A stretch of 64,000 nt of DNA from Raillietiella orientalis (GCA_036172245.1 JAYWIR010000059.1:496001-560000); one strand, 5' to 3'; positions 1 through 14,065 are shown, numbered from the stretch's first letter. Notes: generated from the sequence alone by a model not told the origin. Made by a program: numbers and translations.

Positions 1-2289
1 CACAAAAGAGACGACTCAAGACCGTAGTGGAAGTATCGAAATGTCCGTTAAGGATTGGAAGTGTTGATCTGTTATGTACAAGAATTCCTGCTTCTTTAGA
101 CCCATAGAAAAATCATTTTGCATAAAAAATCCTGAATGAAAAAAAGCAGTCAGCGGATTAAAGAGAGAGAAAAAATCGAATCCGTCTGCTTGGCATGCAA
201 CATGAAACCATATCAGATCCATAGAGAAATCGATCCGGATGCATGTGATCAACGAAGAGAAGGGAAAAAGAGAAGCTTACTTAAAGATCCAGATAGAGCT
301 TTGCTTAAAAATTACATAAATAATGAAATCTAATGAATTTGTTTGTTCATTTCCAACTGAGAATCGAAGAAAAGCTCCCAGACAAAGTCGTTATCCATAA
401 TATGCTTTAATGCATTATATTATCTTGAGTCTCCTGAAACTAAACTTCTAGTACGAGAAAATGCACCAAACGTGGTTAGAAATCATCGTGCAAACTGTAC
501 TCTATACCAAAACGCGTGTTATTGCTGATCAATTTCAGGAAACATTCTTTCTTGCCTGCTAATGTTTGAACTGGTAGTTGGCACTCTAGGATGCTGCTGC
601 TACTAAATCAAATGGAAGCCAAAATTTTATTGATGGCGCGATTTCCTTGATTACCCGCGCTGTCTGCTCGAAGCAGTTCAAAAGAGCTCTGGGTTGTATT
701 GATGAAAAAAGCAGACAAGACTTAGCATCCTATCACTCGAAGGAGGGCACACACATAGAGATTTGTATGGATCCTCCGCCCATGGGATAGTTGAATAAAA
801 AAAAAGCTTAGTTCTCAAGAACTTTAGAATTTTCTAGTGTTTCCATTGAGTTGGTCATGAAAGGAGGTAGCTTTGTAGAAAGAAATTCACTTCCTCCCGG
901 TTTCCTAAAACAAGCTTCTGTCTCACAAAACTTCAAACAAGACTGCACAGATCAGTACGCAGAGGGATAAATTAAAAGCAAGTCAAGCACAGAAGAAAGG
1001 ATTGCCATTTGCCACCGATGGGAAGCACAAGAATGGTGATTCTGTCCTTCTAGCTGGGTTCCCCTCTCGATGTGTAGAGCTTTGCTTCGTGGAACTTTGA
1101 AAAGGGAGAAGCACGCTTGCGAGGGGACTTCAGAATAGTTTTTTATTTTGAAGCTCGTGCCATTAAGAGGCTCCTATGAAAATCTTCCCTCCTTCCCTAC
1201 CCCTCCACACACACATACACACACAAAATAGGAAGAAAGAAAACAAAAAAATCGTTATTCCTGGAAAAAGTGCTTTCTACTGTAGATTTATACCTTTCAT
1301 CTGTTCAGATGCTGTAGCACGATATGGACCCATTTATTTTTCCTGCAGAACGGTAAAGCAAGGAAGAAACAGAATTTAGCTGAGTAAAAGAGTCCAAGTG
1401 TTGCCATTCGTGCAACGTGATTCACACTTTGCGCCATAAATTTCACTCGTTGGAGAGTAATCGCTGTGTAGTACAGAAAAGTTGATCGGAGCATTTCTCC
1501 AGCTGAGGCACGCAAAGACCAATAATTCAGTCATATCCTTTTTTTTTGAACAGCTATTTTCATTGCTCATCTCGGCTGAAGACGCGGAGAGCAGGCAAAG
1601 AAAGAGGCCATCGGAGACGGCCGCGGAAATGGAGCAGTCTTTAACCAGCCGATGGTGGCGCTGGGCTCATGAGACGGAGTGTAGGTTTTTTCCTAAGAGT
1701 AAAATAAGGAGCAAGGGAGGGATTTATTCTCTGTGCGTCTCAGCTTGCTATCTGATTTATGCATCCTGAGTTAGTATTGGCAAGGATAGTGCGTTTCGTT
1801 TATTGAAATTTTCCCTTTTCTTTACAAATTTCCCGTTCCTCCTGGGGATAGACTTCGAACCGAGCTCGGAGGCAGGATTATATTTTGCTTCCTCTTTGGA
1901 AACGTCTGAACTTTCTTCCTATTGGAGTTTGGGAGGAATTTTTGTTCCGCAGCCCGCACTAGGAGACAAGCGTTACTATGGAAGCATCTTTGGCTCTGTT
2001 CCTCTTTTTCCTTTCAAAAAAAAAAGGAAAGAGTTAGGCTGCGAGATTCGCTCTCTTTCCGGAACTGGTACAGCAGGGAGGCGGAATAAACTGACCGACG
2101 TGACTGTCTAATAAATGCAGCAATGCTTTTCTCTTTTCCCCTTTTCTTTCCTAAGCGGAACGCTGCTCTCAACGAAGTTCGTTGAATCTTCGTTCATGGT
2201 CACGTGGCGCGCTGATTTTTGATGGGCACCATCCTACTCGTACGTGCAAGATTGCTCACCCACTCGCGCACCCACCTGATTTCTTCATT

Positions 2290-2900
2290 TCCTTCTTCTC
2301 CTGATGAGACTGTGGTTCTTGAGGATAACTTCATCCCGGTCAATGGACCAGCTTGTGCTTCCCAGTACACGTCTCAGGAGTGTTGTAAGCTCGAACACAC
2401 CCGAGACACATACTGATCTGTCTCTACTGAAATGCCATGTCCACCTCCTAGGGATCTCAAGTTTTTTCATTACATCATCATTTGCTGGATCTCTCTACAG
2501 AATGCACTCTAAAGCAATCCAACAGATCTCTGCACCATATTGCAGCATCGATCCTTTTTTAATATCTATCTGCAAATCTGTTGACAGTTATTGGATGCAA
2601 AATTAATACTAATTCCGGAATACCTATAGTGGGCAGCTATGGAACTAAAGAGTAATGTTCTCGATACTCCACCGACTTCGCCCAAGAGAGAAGACAATTA
2701 CCGAGGTGATTCCCAGTAGAAGATGCAGATACCTTCAGAAAAGGAGCGCTCTCGTGCATACGGGGATCTAAGATAACGCATCGCATCTTTTGCCTCCTTG
2801 ATGAGTCTTTCAAAAAAAACAAGATTCCACTGTGTCTTAGAAGACTGAATTTCTGCAATTACCAATGATGGTGCAGATTTGAAGCGAAAAGGGTGAAAGC
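2290..2900 (-). mobile_element. Degenerate hAT transposase C-terminal remnant
   Basis: SSKTQWNLVFFERLI resembles TRWNSxxxMLER, and YLRSPYARERSFSEG resembles LxPFxxxTxxLS. A weak dimerisation-domain-like segment lies further downstream. Confidence 0.35.
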
Positions 2901-4146
2901 ACCATTTCATGTCTCTCTCTCTCTCTTTCTCTCCGAGGAGGAGGAAACTCTTGAATCACGAGACAGCCTGTACGTTAAATCATTTTTTTTCTTTCTTTTC
3001 TTTTCTTTTCATTCCGTCACGCATTTTTATCTCTGGAAGATGCAAATTAAATTCTTGAGGAAAAAAAAAAAATGAAATCCAGGAAGCGCTGAAACACTTC
3101 TTTTTCGCGGAACCTTGATATGGTGGTTCCAGCCGTGGAGATATGAATAAGGACAAGGCTGTAAGTTCTGGTCCAAACTAGTTTTGGTTTTGCCCAGTTT
3201 TCGTGAGTTTACCGATCGATAAGATATGGAAGGTAGTTACATGGCGTTGATTCTCGGAAGAAGCATCTCGCACAGGATCACGTCTTCGTAGTTTCCGGGT
3301 GACCAAGCTCCGATCGGTGACCTCTGTTCCTAACTATGAGAGCAATAGTAGGGGTTTTCGATCTCATGTTGAAAAAGAATGGTACGTCTTCATCCACATT
3401 CTGATGTGACAATCTGCAAATGCCATGTGACCACAACGACAGCTTCGTGCTAACAACGACAGCACCGTCAGGAGGAATTCAACAGTACGGCAGGTTTCCG
3501 TAATGCCATCTTTTCCTGCCATTCTACAAATCGCACATGCCTCAATGATTTGCATTCTCCGTGGCTATTTTGAAATTTCTGTTCATCCTCCTGTTGCTAC
3601 CATCGTGGTCCCCTTATTTGAATTTGCTTCGCCTGGATGGTTTTTTTTACCTACATTTCTTAGAAGTTTTTGGAGTGTTCTTCACGTTTAATTAATCCTA
3701 ATACATGAATGCCCATAGGATCATTTGGGTGATGGACAGTCTGCAAATTTCACAGTTCTGCTTTCCAAGAAAAGGAGTTTTTTTTCATTGTGGTGCTCCT
3801 GAATGATGCACTTTCATTGAGATGCACTGAATAAGTGCAATCAGCAACTGCCGTTTCCATTGCCCCTTTGGTTCATTACAAATTCTGCTTTCATGGTTGC
3901 ACCCCAGTAGTGGAAAAGTGGCCTAACGAAGTGGTGATGAAGAGTGAGGTGAGATGATTCGGGATCGACAACGAAGACAGGTGTGTGAGGTCCCTCGAAT
4001 GCAGTCTCCTTTGTACGCAAATAAATCAAATACTTAAAGAAATTTCAGAACGATGATTTTTACCTTCCCTTGCATGAACTCAACCGCTTCAGCAATGCCT
4101 ACTTGTGGGTTGTGAAGTACGAAGTGCAGTCGTCTTCATCTTCCAG

Positions 4147-4176
4147 CTTTCCACCTAAATGCATTTAGGTGGAAAG
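4147..4176. repeat. Perfect 30-bp palindrome
   Basis: CTTTCCACCTAAATG|CATTTAGGTGGAAAG. Confidence 0.95.
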
Positions 4177-4269
4177 AGATCAGGCAGAGATCAGGAAAAT
4201 GAACGGAAAAATAATAGCAGAAGGATACTTTTTTGGACAGGACCGACACCAAAAGCTTGCACATCCTGC

Positions 4270-5771
4270 AGGAAACGAGGAAACGCGAGGCAATTAATAA
4301 ATGCAAGATCCTCTTGACCGTGACCGTTTTGTTCGAATGAGGTTCGACGTCCATCCACATTCTTGGGTGGCTTTCATCCTTGCCATGTACTAATCAGCTG
4401 TTGTCAAGCTAGGAACATCATGGGTGCATCGAAAACCTGGATGAACTTTTTTATTTTAAGAAACCAATACGAAGGTATCTGATTCCAAGGAAGTGCTTCA
4501 GGTTTCTTGTGATTTTCCATCCAAAATCTCCCTACGAACAATTTTTCTTTCTTTTTTTCTTGTTTTTTTTTTTTGTCCTTCCTGATCTTGACTTAACACT
4601 TGCAGGAATCCATAAGGTTGGTTAGGTACTTTACGCAAGATGCAACTGCCATTTTTATTATGGCAGTCCGATTGATTGACCATTCCCCCATTACGTGCGT
4701 TTCAGATCTGCGGAAATGATCTTGCAATCTGGAAGTATCCGTAAAAAAAAGATCGCAAACCTCTCCAAAGTCAACAATGATTTCTTCGAGGATGTTATTC
4801 TCCTTCCCGCACCTCATCGAATCGAAGCGAAGGATGTCAAGAGAGTGAGTACAAACAAGAGGTTAGTCCTATGCCTGGAGCCTCTTAGAAAAGTCAAACC
4901 ATCCTCGTACTCTTCTCGGGAGCAAAGATTGCAAACAGTATTGCCAGCAAAGCCTCTCTATTCGCTTTGTTTACGCTGTAATCGCGGACTTGCATCCGTT
5001 TGACAATGCGCGACTAACTTCGCGAACTGTAATTGCAAGAAATTTATGGTACAGATAGCGCATAAACAGGGAGTCCTGCTCTGCGATCGATTTGCGATTT
5101 TTCTTTCTTCATCCTTCCGATGATGATGACCTTTTCTGAGGAGGTTTCAACGGCACATCCATCAACAGGGTAAAAAGCTTCCTTTGGAAAGGTATGACGA
5201 CGAGAAGTTTTGACGAAGCAAAGAAGCACTCGTCACAGAATTTTGGGATGGGAGGACGTTATTCACATGAGACATGCCCATTATCTCTATTGAAAGGCAT
5301 CTGTTCCTTCGTAAAGTCCAGCTGAAGTGCACTTTGGCCACTGAAGCCATCGTAAAAGAAGTGATCTATTTGTATCATTAGTTAAAGGTTTGGAGATATG
5401 GTCAGAAAAGAAGGATGCAGTCGAGCTCTTTGAAGTGATTCTCTCAATGTGCCAAGGGACGAATCCGGAAGAATCTGGAAAAGAGACCTCACGAGAATTT
5501 GACTACTTTCTTCGAATACTGGCGATTCCCTTTCTTTCCATCTGATTTTCCTCTTCGAATGCGGGCGTCGTCCGTTCTCGCTTTCAAAACGCAGATTCCT
5601 TCTTTCTGTTTTCCGAATCTTGGAAAGATGTACAGAATCAAAACAAGCAAACAAAAAGTGCAAGAAAAATTTGCTGTCGAGCGCCTGAACGGAAATAGAC
5701 AGACAGACAAACAAACAAACAAAAAATCCCTCTGGTCCAGCGACAGGAGCAACTATGATTCTGGAGTCCAC
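4270..5771 (-). mobile_element. Degenerate Transib-superfamily / RAG1-like transposase
   Basis: Ordered motifs across frameshifts: FYDGFSGQS (D at 5349-5351), PSQNSVTS, LLCFVKTS, IIIGRMKKEK..RRAGL, CAIC (5051-5062), PLVCTHSLDILRFD (4821-4862), IIVDFGEV, RLQDHFRR. No TIRs identified. Confidence 0.5.
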
Positions 5772-5899
5772 TATCTGCTAATGCACAAGCTTCAGATGGG
5801 AAAATGACTTCATGGGGGGCACGAGCGAAACATACAACTGATTTGTGATGGGTGCAGTTCTATGCTAAACATCATTTGCGCCGTTCCTTAGGAGTTTTT

Positions 5900-7330
5900 G
5901 TTTAGGGAAATGCTAGGCAGCGAGAAAATGACTGCGATGCATCAGTTTGATCAATGGCGCAAGATGATCCAAAGCTCTAATTTGCGAAGAACGCGGGCTC
6001 TTTAGAGAAGGAAAACACTGAGTCCTGAAGCACACAGATGGAACAAGGTTCGATCCGCTGCTGACTCTAGTTGGGCAAAGATTGTGGAGCAGTGACCACT
6101 AAACAAATAGTGCAACTTGAAGCAAGGAATTTCTTCATGATTAGAAACAATCATTTATTTTGCTTCTCTACTGGGAATACTTCTTGATTAATGGAAGCCA
6201 GCAGATTATGCTCACTCATTAATCCTAGAATTGTTTTGGTGAAAGAGCTATTTAGTTAGTCTTGCCATGCAAACAGCAAACGGTCCGTCAAATCTGACTC
6301 TTGTTGTGATGCGCTGACAAAGATTCTTTGCTCCTTTGGAAACAGATCAAGGAGGATGTCACCCAGAACTTTCGGAGTAGCACGTGCAAAGCCTTGTATA
6401 CGCATACCGATGAGGCGCTGTTAGAGCTGGGATCTGTCGAAAGAACGGAATACCTGTTTCAGTCTTGGATCAAAAGATTTCATTGCTGTGTTCGGCAATT
6501 ATGTATCTTTCGCGACAATTCGTTTCGGGGAAAGGAAACTGCGGGCACACGGGGTGGAGCAGACAATGGACAGATAAATTGCTTGCTAAATGCAGGCGAA
6601 GTTGCACTGCTAATAGAGGAGGAACAGCAGGAGCAGATACCAGATAAATCCTTTAATGAATTCACGCTGGATGGAATTTCCAGAGAACAATTTTCAATAT
6701 ATTGCTCGAATAGCAAATAATCCAATATCGCGCGGCCGAAAGACACAACTCGGGTAAGCAATCACAATTGTAGATGAATTGCAAGGGGAAAAAAAAAAGA
6801 ACAAAGTAACGGCAGGAAAAAAATCAAAAAACAACACAATCGATCATCCGAAAGCATTCGTGACCAGCACTAATTTTTCCTAAGAGAATCCCCTCAGAAC
6901 GGGAAATCTGGACTCGAACTTCCCGTTGATCACTTTTGTATGCATGTGAAATAGGGAACACAAGAACAAAGGCTCATGCGGCACACAAAAGTGCACATGC
7001 CATTGCCATGAGGGAACTTTCCCTGCACCCAATGGCCTTCAGGTTCTGTGAGCAAAAAGAGCATTGTGAAAGCATGTTTGGCTCACGTTCAAGAGTGCAG
7101 CGACTCACACTCAAGATGACCATGGTCCCACAGACGAGGAAACGGACCTTTGTCCTTTTAAAGAACGAAGAACTGTACGAAGGATGTGTGCACCCTTGTG
7201 TACAAATCACGCATTGGATTATCGAAGAAAAAAGCAACAAGGCCCGCTTGGAAGGGAAAAGGCGGAAGCTTCGAAATTTTGATGAGAGAAAAGCAGAATG
7301 TGTTGCGCATATCTGAGGACGAAGGCTGCT
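5900..7330 (+). mobile_element. Degenerate RTE-clade LINE (reverse transcriptase and C-terminal region)
   Basis: ORF 6328-6720: ALYTHT...CVRQLCIF (GVRQGCIL-like) and QINCLLNAGEVALLIEEEQQEQ (INNLRYADDxALLAExEEELQ-like). Downstream: LLYACEIG (LLYGCETW-like), MFGSRSR (WFGHVxR-like) and IIEEKSNKARLEGKRR. Confidence 0.7.
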
Positions 7331-8699
7331 TTGACACGGCAGAAATCTGTGAGCTCGTGTACCATGGACTGCTGGCACGTGAATTCGTGTTTGGTGCAGG
7401 ATTTCTGGATCCTATACTAACAGGAGGTTCTTAAAGAACAGTCATTCGTTAAATCAATTGGCCAGGGGGATGAAGAACCAGTTTTTCATTTACCAAACAA
7501 AACTTATGAGCATGCATTTTTCACCATTTTATAGAAAAGCCTTCCAATCAAAGATCCAATCCGATTGATAGATTCGATTAGATTCTGTAATCAACCAGAG
7601 GATAGTCACGTTCTGATGGAGATAGCTCCATGGCATTCTACATTAGCTACAAATATGATTTGATAATTTCGAAACGGAAGAGTTTGCGAGATACCTGCGA
7701 GGGATTCTGAAGAGTTGCGGATACGACTGAGCACGGTTTCCGGACTTACGGGCTTCTTGCATCACAAGGAGGTATTCTGTCTTCTAAGATGACCAAAGGC
7801 AGTCAAGAAAAGTGAAACAGATTATGAGATTGGTTTCCGGTGGATAATGCCTAATAATTGCGTAATAAGATTGATAACTACTACTTTTATACATGATTTT
7901 CATGATGAGACACAAATGGCCTTTTTTCCCTCCTATATTTTCCAATCGCTTGCTAACGTTTTATCAAGAAATTGCAAAACGTTACCCGCATCCCAAAAGT
8001 TTGCGGTAAGGGAACGTACAACCTGCTGTGATCTAAAGGAACGATAGGAAAGAAAATAGGAAGTTTATGGCAAAATTTTCGTAAGGGAACTGAATTCATT
8101 CCGAAAATTGAGGATGTTTCTGATGGCAGAATGCCTAAAGCTGATCGCTTCTTTCGTACAAGCAATAGGAGTATTTCATACATTCTTCGAGTACTGGAAG
8201 AAGAAAGGTGGGGAACAAAATCAGATGGTAAAATGCCTGAATTATTCTTGTAGCCTGAGGTGACTGGTTGTACACGTACATCAGCACCGAATGCGGTGGT
8301 CTGGTAAGAGCTTACGGTGCTGTTCATGAGTGATTTGCCGCTTGGTAGTGAGCTATCTCTGAGTGAAGTGGATGTGAACTCATTAGCATCATTTCAATTT
8401 TTTTAGCCCAAAATAAGCAGCAGATACAGCAGCGGTGCTGCTGCAGCAGCACACGGTTGATACCAGCCGTGTGCTTTTACTTCCGAAACGGTTTCTTGCT
8501 TTCATCCAGGTACTGAGAGACTCAAAATCATTTCCACAATTACTATGTACAGCCAGTTTATTCACTTTGAACCCCTGAGAAGCAATGAATATTGTGGAAT
8601 TTATGTTTTGGAAAAACTACTGGACATTCCGGAAGCTCGCAGTTGTATTCGTACAGAAGAGATATCTGATTTACATAATACAGTAATTAGCACTGCGAC

Positions 8700-9240
8700 A
8701 AAGCCAGAGAAATCAGACTAAACACGTCACATACCATAAGTGAACAGTATTTTTATTGATCTTGTCATCCGAAGGAAAGTCTCCCACTGCTGGATTTCCA
8801 GTTTAAACTGAATACGAAATGCTGGTTCTCCTGTGATGTTTCGGGAGAACCAGCATTGCGCGTTCAAAAGCGATTAAGATAATCCTTTCATTCCAGAAAA
8901 TGCATTCCATCAAGAGAGACAGACAGTAAAGCAGTGAAAACTGATAACCTGGAAACCAAGTTAAAAAGTGGAGCCAGTGGCTGAAGGTGGTTGAAGTGGT
9001 AAGAGAACATGCAATTGTTCGTGTATCTTCATGAACTCTCATCAGGAAGAAACTCTAGAAGAGCTCACTGTTTTGAAGATGCTTGCGAGAACCCTTGCTC
9101 TGTTTGGAAGGCCCTTGCTCATGCCCTTTGGAGTGAGAGGACGAAACGTCTTCATAGCATGTAATCTTGTTAGTCTATCGAATGGAATGCCTTCTAGGAA
9201 CAGGAAGAAGAGCATCACAATCACTCAGCAGTGACGAAAC
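8700..9240 (-). mobile_element. Highly degenerate non-LTR reverse transcriptase fragment
   Basis: KAFHSID (KAFDSID-like) near 9175-9195, followed by LQPLAPLFNL; other motifs eroded. Confidence 0.3.
8818..8857. repeat. Perfect inverted repeat, 14-bp arms, 12-nt loop
   Basis: AATGCTGGTTCTCC...GGAGAACCAGCATT. Confidence 0.95.
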
Positions 9241-10049
9241 CAAAGTCGCGGCAGGCAAGAGACGGGTTTGATCATCCAGGTATCTTGGCACTCACGCTGA
9301 TCTCTAGGAAGCATGTGCTCTTTGGAAAATGAAATAAAATCGTTCTCTCTTATCATAATAAGAAAAATATCAACCACGGTAACTCAACAAATAAAAACTA
9401 GCCATTTTCCATTTTCTGTTGAAATTCCCAGCATCCAATCATGTAATTATCATCACTTTACTCAAGTTATGCTTCTGTGACCATTATACCCCCTACAGGA
9501 AGTGGTGTGGTGTCTCCTTTTAAAGAATGAAAGCAGAGACGACATTCTGAAACAGACATAATCTCTGATTTCCCTTATCACAAAAGACGATATTCGTAAC
9601 AGCAAGAGAGATGAAAGTCAAGAAGCAACGGCATGATGAAATTGAATTCAATCTAAGACAGCGCTGGAAATTTCTAAATTATGAAAACTAGAAGTCATTC
9701 TGACTCTGATTTGACTTGCGACCCGGCAGAAGATGACTTTGGGAAAGTTTCCTCCTATTTATGGAAAGTCTCAACATGATCATGAGAAAAGACGAGTACC
9801 GAAAGGATATCTAATTAAATGGATCCAGAAATCTGGACTTTTTCAAGAAGAAATTTCCTTGCCGCTCGGCTCAGCGAGATGAAGAGATCCAAATCTATAG
9901 TGGTAGGAGCACTGAATTACGGGCAAGTGGCTCCGAGGTCCCATGCATTTGTTGCAAGAATCCTTTTTTTTTTTTTTTTTTCTCCCAAGGGATCCACGAC
10001 TCGCTATGAGGGAGAAGGTGCTGGCATGAGTGAAAAGAATTCTGATTAG

Positions 10050-10660
10050 CGACTTCCGGAGCATTAAAATGTCCATCCTCTGTAGACGCAGTATCTTTCT
10101 TGATAGATCCTTTGAGGGTCCATTGAGAATATACCCTGATATCAGTTACTGACGGTGCTCGAAGATGAAGACCTTTCAAGAATTGCCACGATGCACAAGC
10201 CCTTCTCAACCAAATGCTTTAGCATCGAACTGAGAAGGTATCCAGCGTGTGCTCCAGATAAGAGTGCAGGCCTAAATTGAAGATGCAAAAAAATTGCATC
10301 CGTTAATTTAGGTCGGTGCTCAAATTTTTCGAAAAATTGCAAAGCATCTGATCAAGGATCACTTTCTTGTTCCATTTGATTTATCACAAGCCTTTTGTTT
10401 GAGTAAGGAGGAGGCGCACGCCAGGCATGTGGTATTTCCCGCTCCTCCCGCCGAAAGAGGCTGCTGAAAAGCTGAGCGTTTCGTGTCTCTGAACGTGCTC
10501 TCCAAAAGACAGAACCGGACATCTGGCCAAACGTTTCCGTTCTTCCCATAGCAGACTCGTAGTTTCGTGAAAGGACTTGGACGAGACCTTTTTCTGTGGA
10601 AGACTGCTACTGAAGGCAACCTTGGGGGGCGTCACCTGAGTTTTTTCCTCAACGACCATT
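10050..10660 (-). mobile_element. Possible LINE post-RT remnant
   Basis: GKYHMPGV (KYLGV-like) followed by LHLQFRPALLSGAHAGY (IRPxLxYxxxxW-like). Confidence 0.28.
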
Positions 10661-11399
10661 CACCGGATCTCCGAATCTCGGAAGCGGCATTTGAGGGTTT
10701 CTTGAGCAGGGACAGTGGATAAAAGCAAAACGAACTAACGCTCTCACCTCAAAAAAGGAAGAAAAAAAAGATGAGAGGAATAGATATCCCCGAATGTTCG
10801 CGTTGTTTGCTCAGATGAAGCACTCCGAAATTATCGAATGGGCTCACTCCTTTTCTATGTTCTTTTGCTCACCACAGAAATTCGAATGTTCCATTTTTCA
10901 GCTGTGCGCAGAGCCGAATGCCAGGAGACGTCATTTGTGAAGATCCAGAGACATGATAAACTTCAGTCTGTAAGATTAGATAGAAAAAAAAAAAAATGTT
11001 GCATGTGTGCAGAGAAAACAGCATGGATCTACAGAAATCTAGAATGACCACGTGAGAAGAAAGAATACTGGACAAATAAAGATCGAAATGCCAAGTATTG
11101 CACTCCACTTCAGAGTTAAGAGATGCAAGCGCTGCATGCAAAAAGTTCTGAATATTTCGAGTCTTTCTTTCTTGATGCCTCACTGAAATGCTTTGCTCAT
11201 CGGCTGCGTCAAGAGTAAAGAGTCATACATGCTGCTCCGACGATGAAGAGATTTTCGTGTCGTTGAGATGGTACATTCACCACTGAGGAATAAGATCTCA
11301 GGGAAAAGCCATAAGCTGATTTTAACTTCCCGGTGTTGTTTTACTAAGTAACCTATTATTCATAGAAACGAAGGAAGCATCAAGCAAAGGTAGCAATGC

Positions 11400-11800
11400 A
11401 ATCATCGGAAGGCTACGATCCCAACGATGTGTCAGTAACGGGTCATGTCACGCACGAAGTGACGAGCTCCGCCACGCAAAGCAGGATGAGTAAGTGCTGC
11501 GTAAAAAAATGAAGAGCATCATCGAATGACCAACACGGTCTCACTCGTCTCTCAATTGCTTTCTGTGCATATGGTGTACCACGATTCAAAATGGACCAGA
11601 AATTCGTGGTTCCCGAAGAACAGGACTGCAATGCAATTCGGAAAGGTACGGAAGCCTCCTTCGCGCATCCACAGGCTCTTTCGCTTTCGAAACCAGAAAG
11701 GAAGGACCCCCTCGTTTCCCTGTGCTGCTACGGGACTCGCCTTTGAGGGTGTTGCGAGCAAGTGCAGCTTTGTTTTTCATCACGTAAGGAGTCTTGGCAG
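11400..11800 (+). mobile_element. Degenerate Gypsy-type integrase fragment
   Basis: AFCAYGVPRFKMDQKF...GTEASFAHPQALSL resembles FxxYGxPxxIxSDxGxQF...TxAYHPQxNG. Confidence 0.4.
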
Positions 11801-13039
11801 CGCTTGCGATTTCGTTCCGCATTTCGACCGGTGCTCCTCGAGCATTTTTAGATGCCTACCTCTTGGTATTCAAACCGTGATAGTCCTCAGCCACAAGCGT
11901 ATTCGAACCGAGAGAAAAAGGATAAAAAAAAGGACATTTTTGATTTGCCCTTTTTTGCCTTTGTCTTTTTTTCTCTTCCCTGTAAGCACCGCCATTTCAT
12001 TATCCGTCTATGCCATTTTTATTTTTATTTTTTCGACGGGAGGCTCAAGGAAGGAAAGTGCTCGGACTTTACAGATACTGCGCAATCACTGAATCGGTTC
12101 TTTGACTGTTCTGAGAATTAAACGGCGGCTTATGGCAGTATAAGGAAACGTCGAAAGAGGTACTCATCGTGCGTTAAGTTGTTGTTGGAGTTAACTCGTA
12201 CGTTCCTTTATCAATGGAGAAAACAACAGCAACTAAGAAATTTGGAATGATCGCAGTGACGGAATAGCTGCTTATTATGAATACTGATTGCCTAATCCAT
12301 ATTGAAGGTGTACAGTAAGTTTTTTATTATCCTTATGTTGATGATACAAGCATGGTCATCAAGAAGTGCCAGATGTTTTTGCCGTTCCTCTTATTGAATG
12401 AACTGAAATTTAAATGTGTGGTGGTTTCATTGTGCTGTGCATGGAATGGAAGGCGCTTGTTTTTGTGCCACTGATGGGCAGACCTCACCAGGGAACCTCA
12501 CAACGCATCTACGTCTCCATTGCTCGTGTGTGTTCCCAGATAGTTCTTGCATGTTTCCCGTTAAAACCTCAGCCGCGATGTCATCTGATCGATAGAATTA
12601 GAGTTACCGTTGACTGAAATACTCGTGGAAATCAATCGAGGACGCGACCGTCCTCAGGAATGCAAGGTGTTGAAATCATGTAGCCATGACGAACACGAGC
12701 TCTGAATGTAGATTTGATGGACAAGGTGGCGTTCTTTTCCAGCAAAGTTGCTTATGCTCGTTAATGATAGCGAGAGTTTTGCGTCCAGCTTTAATCACTT
12801 CCCTGGAGAGGCATCAAACATCAACCACACGTAGAGTCACTTGAAAAAGCTCCGGAGAAGCACGCTCGCGATCGCATTCGCGACATTAGGACAAAAAGTG
12901 TGGATCAGAACAAATACCCTTGGCTAAACCACTTGGATCATCACGGTCAGTACTCTGTTTCCTTTCCTTTCATTTTTCGGCCCGGCACCCAAACAGAATG
13001 TGCTATCGCCAGTTTCCCCTCGTGTTACTAAGAAATCAA

Positions 13040-14065
13040 AGGAATCGGGTTTAAGGAATCGCCAGTTTGATTTCCTTCACAGCTGCCAGAGTTGCACTTG
13101 AACAAACAGTCTTTGCACCATAATACAAGGCAACGTTGGCCGAATTCCTGCTCAGCGCAAGAAGTTTAGTCTTGTGGGCACTGTCGATGCTTTCGACCAG
13201 CAGTAAGCTGAAGGCACGCTGATGAGGTGTTCCGTTTCTGCCTCTTTCCAATAAGCTGTGGAACACTGGCCTGCCAAATTGGGAACGCAATTTACCTTGG
13301 TCAGTCGATGGAACAAAGAAGCAACTGAACGACTGGAGGAGCGAAACAAGGTTCCCGTGCTCGGTATGGTCTCCGGATCTTCCGAGCCATCCCAGAGCTA
13401 TAAGATGACGACGTCCGTCGAGAAAACCACCGAAGCCGTCAGGAATGCCTTAAATCGAGTCATTCGATCTTTCTTAGGACAGAATGTGCTGCACTCTGTA
13501 AAGGATTTCGTCTTGAACTAGGCGAGAAGATGAGAATAGACGTGGAACTCAGAGTTCTTTAGAGGGGGTGCTTTCCATGTCGGGTTGACAGGGATACGAA
13601 GAGGGATGGAGGAGACCTTGGAATGGATTTTTGTTCCTTTGAAGACAGAGTCGGCAGTTGGCCACTGAAGCACGAATTTTCTTCCGGTGTCACCGCTGCA
13701 GTTTGCATTTGCCGCTCAAGCACTTTCCTCCCCACTGAACGCAAGAGCGAGTTCCCATGGTGTTCCCTCTTATTTTCCCTCTTCATCTCTTCAGCAGAGA
13801 AATGCACTTGCATATGGAAGCTGGTTTTCTGGAAGACGGCGGAAGATTCCATTATACGATGTGCGAAGAACATCGCTCTGGGAGGATATCCTAGAGCGAG
13901 TTCCTGCTCGACAAATTCCTCCGCGCTGTCCAGGTGAATTAAAGACAGTTTCCAGTGAGACGAAGAGGGGGCGGCTCGGAAGCAGGAAATTCTCCTCAGT
14001 CGCTCCTCAACGTCCATCTGCAGCCCCTCATTTGTTGCAAAAAACGCTGCTGACTTTTCCATCAT
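13040..14065 (-). mobile_element. Degenerate Jockey/CR1-group LINE reverse transcriptase
   Basis: AVTPEE...LPTLSSKEQKSIP (VTxEE..KAPGxDGIP-like), HGKHPL (GKDP-like), FSTDVV, and VALYYGAKTVCSS (ALYADD-like) occur in the expected order. Confidence 0.5.

Noticed and set aside
430..700. hAT transposase hint (VRENAPNVVRNH)
   Set aside because: Too degenerate to support a call.
3600..4250. RAG2-like (Kelch/PHD) partner next to the RAG1-like remnant
   Set aside because: Only scattered Cys/His/Trp residues in different frames; no supportable motif.
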